Below are positions 62,966-64,000 of a stretch of 64,000 nucleotides of DNA, piece by piece; position 1 is the first letter of the stretch; every line of letters begins with the position of its first letter. Location: assembly GCF_009914755.1 (NCBI RefSeq), contig NC_060926.1; one strand, 5' to 3'. Source of the stretch: the human T2T-CHM13v2.0 reference genome, Homo sapiens. Below the pieces are notes generated by a model, which was given only the letters and a program-made list of their open reading frames with translations, did no database searches and was not told the origin of the DNA. Position numbers and translations under genes: made by a program.

Positions 62966-63244
62966 GGCCGAGTGCAGTGGCTCACATCTGTAATCCCAGC
63001 ACTTTGGGAGGCCAGGTAAGAGCATCGCTTGATGCTGTTTGCTCGATTGCTTGAAACCCAGTTCAAGACCAGCCTGGGTAATATGGCGAAACCCCATCTC
63101 TACTAAAAATACAAAAATTATCTGGGTGTGGTGGTGTATGCTGGCAGTCCCAGCTACTCAGGAAGCTGAGGTTGGAGGATCACTTGAACCCTGGAAGTTG
63201 AGGCCTGGACAACAGAGTGAGACCCTGTCTCAAAATAAATAAAT
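62966..63244 (+). mobile_element. AluJ-like element, internally rearranged
   Basis: ggccgagtgcagtggctcac...gagtgagaccctgtctcaaaataaat; TSD core aaatacaga at 62955-62963 and 63245-63253. Confidence 0.92.
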
Positions 63245-63309
63245 AAATACAGAAAAATAAATACAGGTATATTTGTAAACAACAAAACCTCCTGAAAGGA
63301 AAAGGTGTG

Positions 63310-63530
63310 GTTAAGGATGGAGTGTTCCTTTGAAGAATGGGATGAAGATTTGCATCTTGGCTCTGCTGCTTTATATTGCAACCCCTCGGTCAAGTAGGAA
63401 TCATTAGTTTCCTCGTCTGTAATATGGGGCAGATAATCTTTCCTGGGGCTTTTGTGGGCATTAAGTGAACTATCCAATGCAATGTGCTAAGCAAGAGCCT
63501 GACATAGCATGGGTGCTCAGCTGACGCCTC
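63310..63530 (+). mobile_element. MIR SINE
   Basis: catcttggctctgctgc...cattagtttcctcgtctgtaatatgggg...gcctgacatagcatgggtgctcag. Confidence 0.75.
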
Positions 63531-64000
63531 CCTCATTCTCTAGGCAACCTACACACCAAGCCAGGTGATGACCACCATTTCCCTCAAAACCATACTCCTC
63601 ATACTCCTCTTTCTCTGCTGTTGCTGTAAGCTATTTATTGACTTGTGATATTCTTTATTTTATTTTATTTTTAATCTTTTTAGGTTCTTTGCTGTTTCCA
63701 ACTGAAGCTAGACATTTTCCTACTCCCATGAGTACAAGTTTCTTTCTCTAAAATTAAATTAGTAAAAGGGTTTTTTTAAAAAAGTTACACTTCTTAAGTG
63801 TAACACATTCACAAAGTATAAAAAATTATTAGTGTACTTTTGTATATTTTTGACCACACCTGAAACATTGCCTTAGGGTGGTGTCCAATGCAGTTTACCC
63901 AATTCCATTTTTAGTCTAGCCCATCTGTTCTTCCTCCCGCTGCTTCTCCTGTAGCCTTGCCCACATAACCTTTATTCTTGGCCTTCTCTGCTTTCTGTGC

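Overview
This is primate (probably human or great-ape) nuclear DNA, not a microbial accessory region. Most of the window is transposable-element fossils: a near full-length L1PA7-like LINE-1 (25.1-31.3 kb, minus), a 4.2-kb older L1MA/L1PB-like LINE-1 (8.3-12.5 kb, plus), two MaLR proviruses with internal regions (THE1D-like, 33.1-35.1 kb; MSTB-like, 42.4-45.1 kb), solo MaLR/ERVL LTRs, nine Alus, L2, MIR and HAL1/L1M remnants, a few DNA-transposon remnants and microsatellites. I recognise no protein-coding gene, RNA gene or CRISPR array. The recognisable ORFs are broken L1, Alu or MaLR frames and the rest look like chance ORFs. I cannot support a new biological system. The best leads are: (i) exon-like segments with canonical splice sites in unique sequence, a minus-strand chain at 15.7/6.8/2.9/2.3 kb and plus-strand segments at 46.3 and 52.9 kb; (ii) a CpG-retaining, motif-rich stretch at 52.7-53.3 kb; (iii) intact DUX4-type motifs in THE1 LTRs; (iv) clear mechanistic scars: a twin-primed L1, a locally templated insertion, a 230-bp internal L1 duplication and nested Alus with TSDs. 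Repeat subfamily names come from remembered consensus motifs, not a database search, and boundaries of old repeats are approximate.
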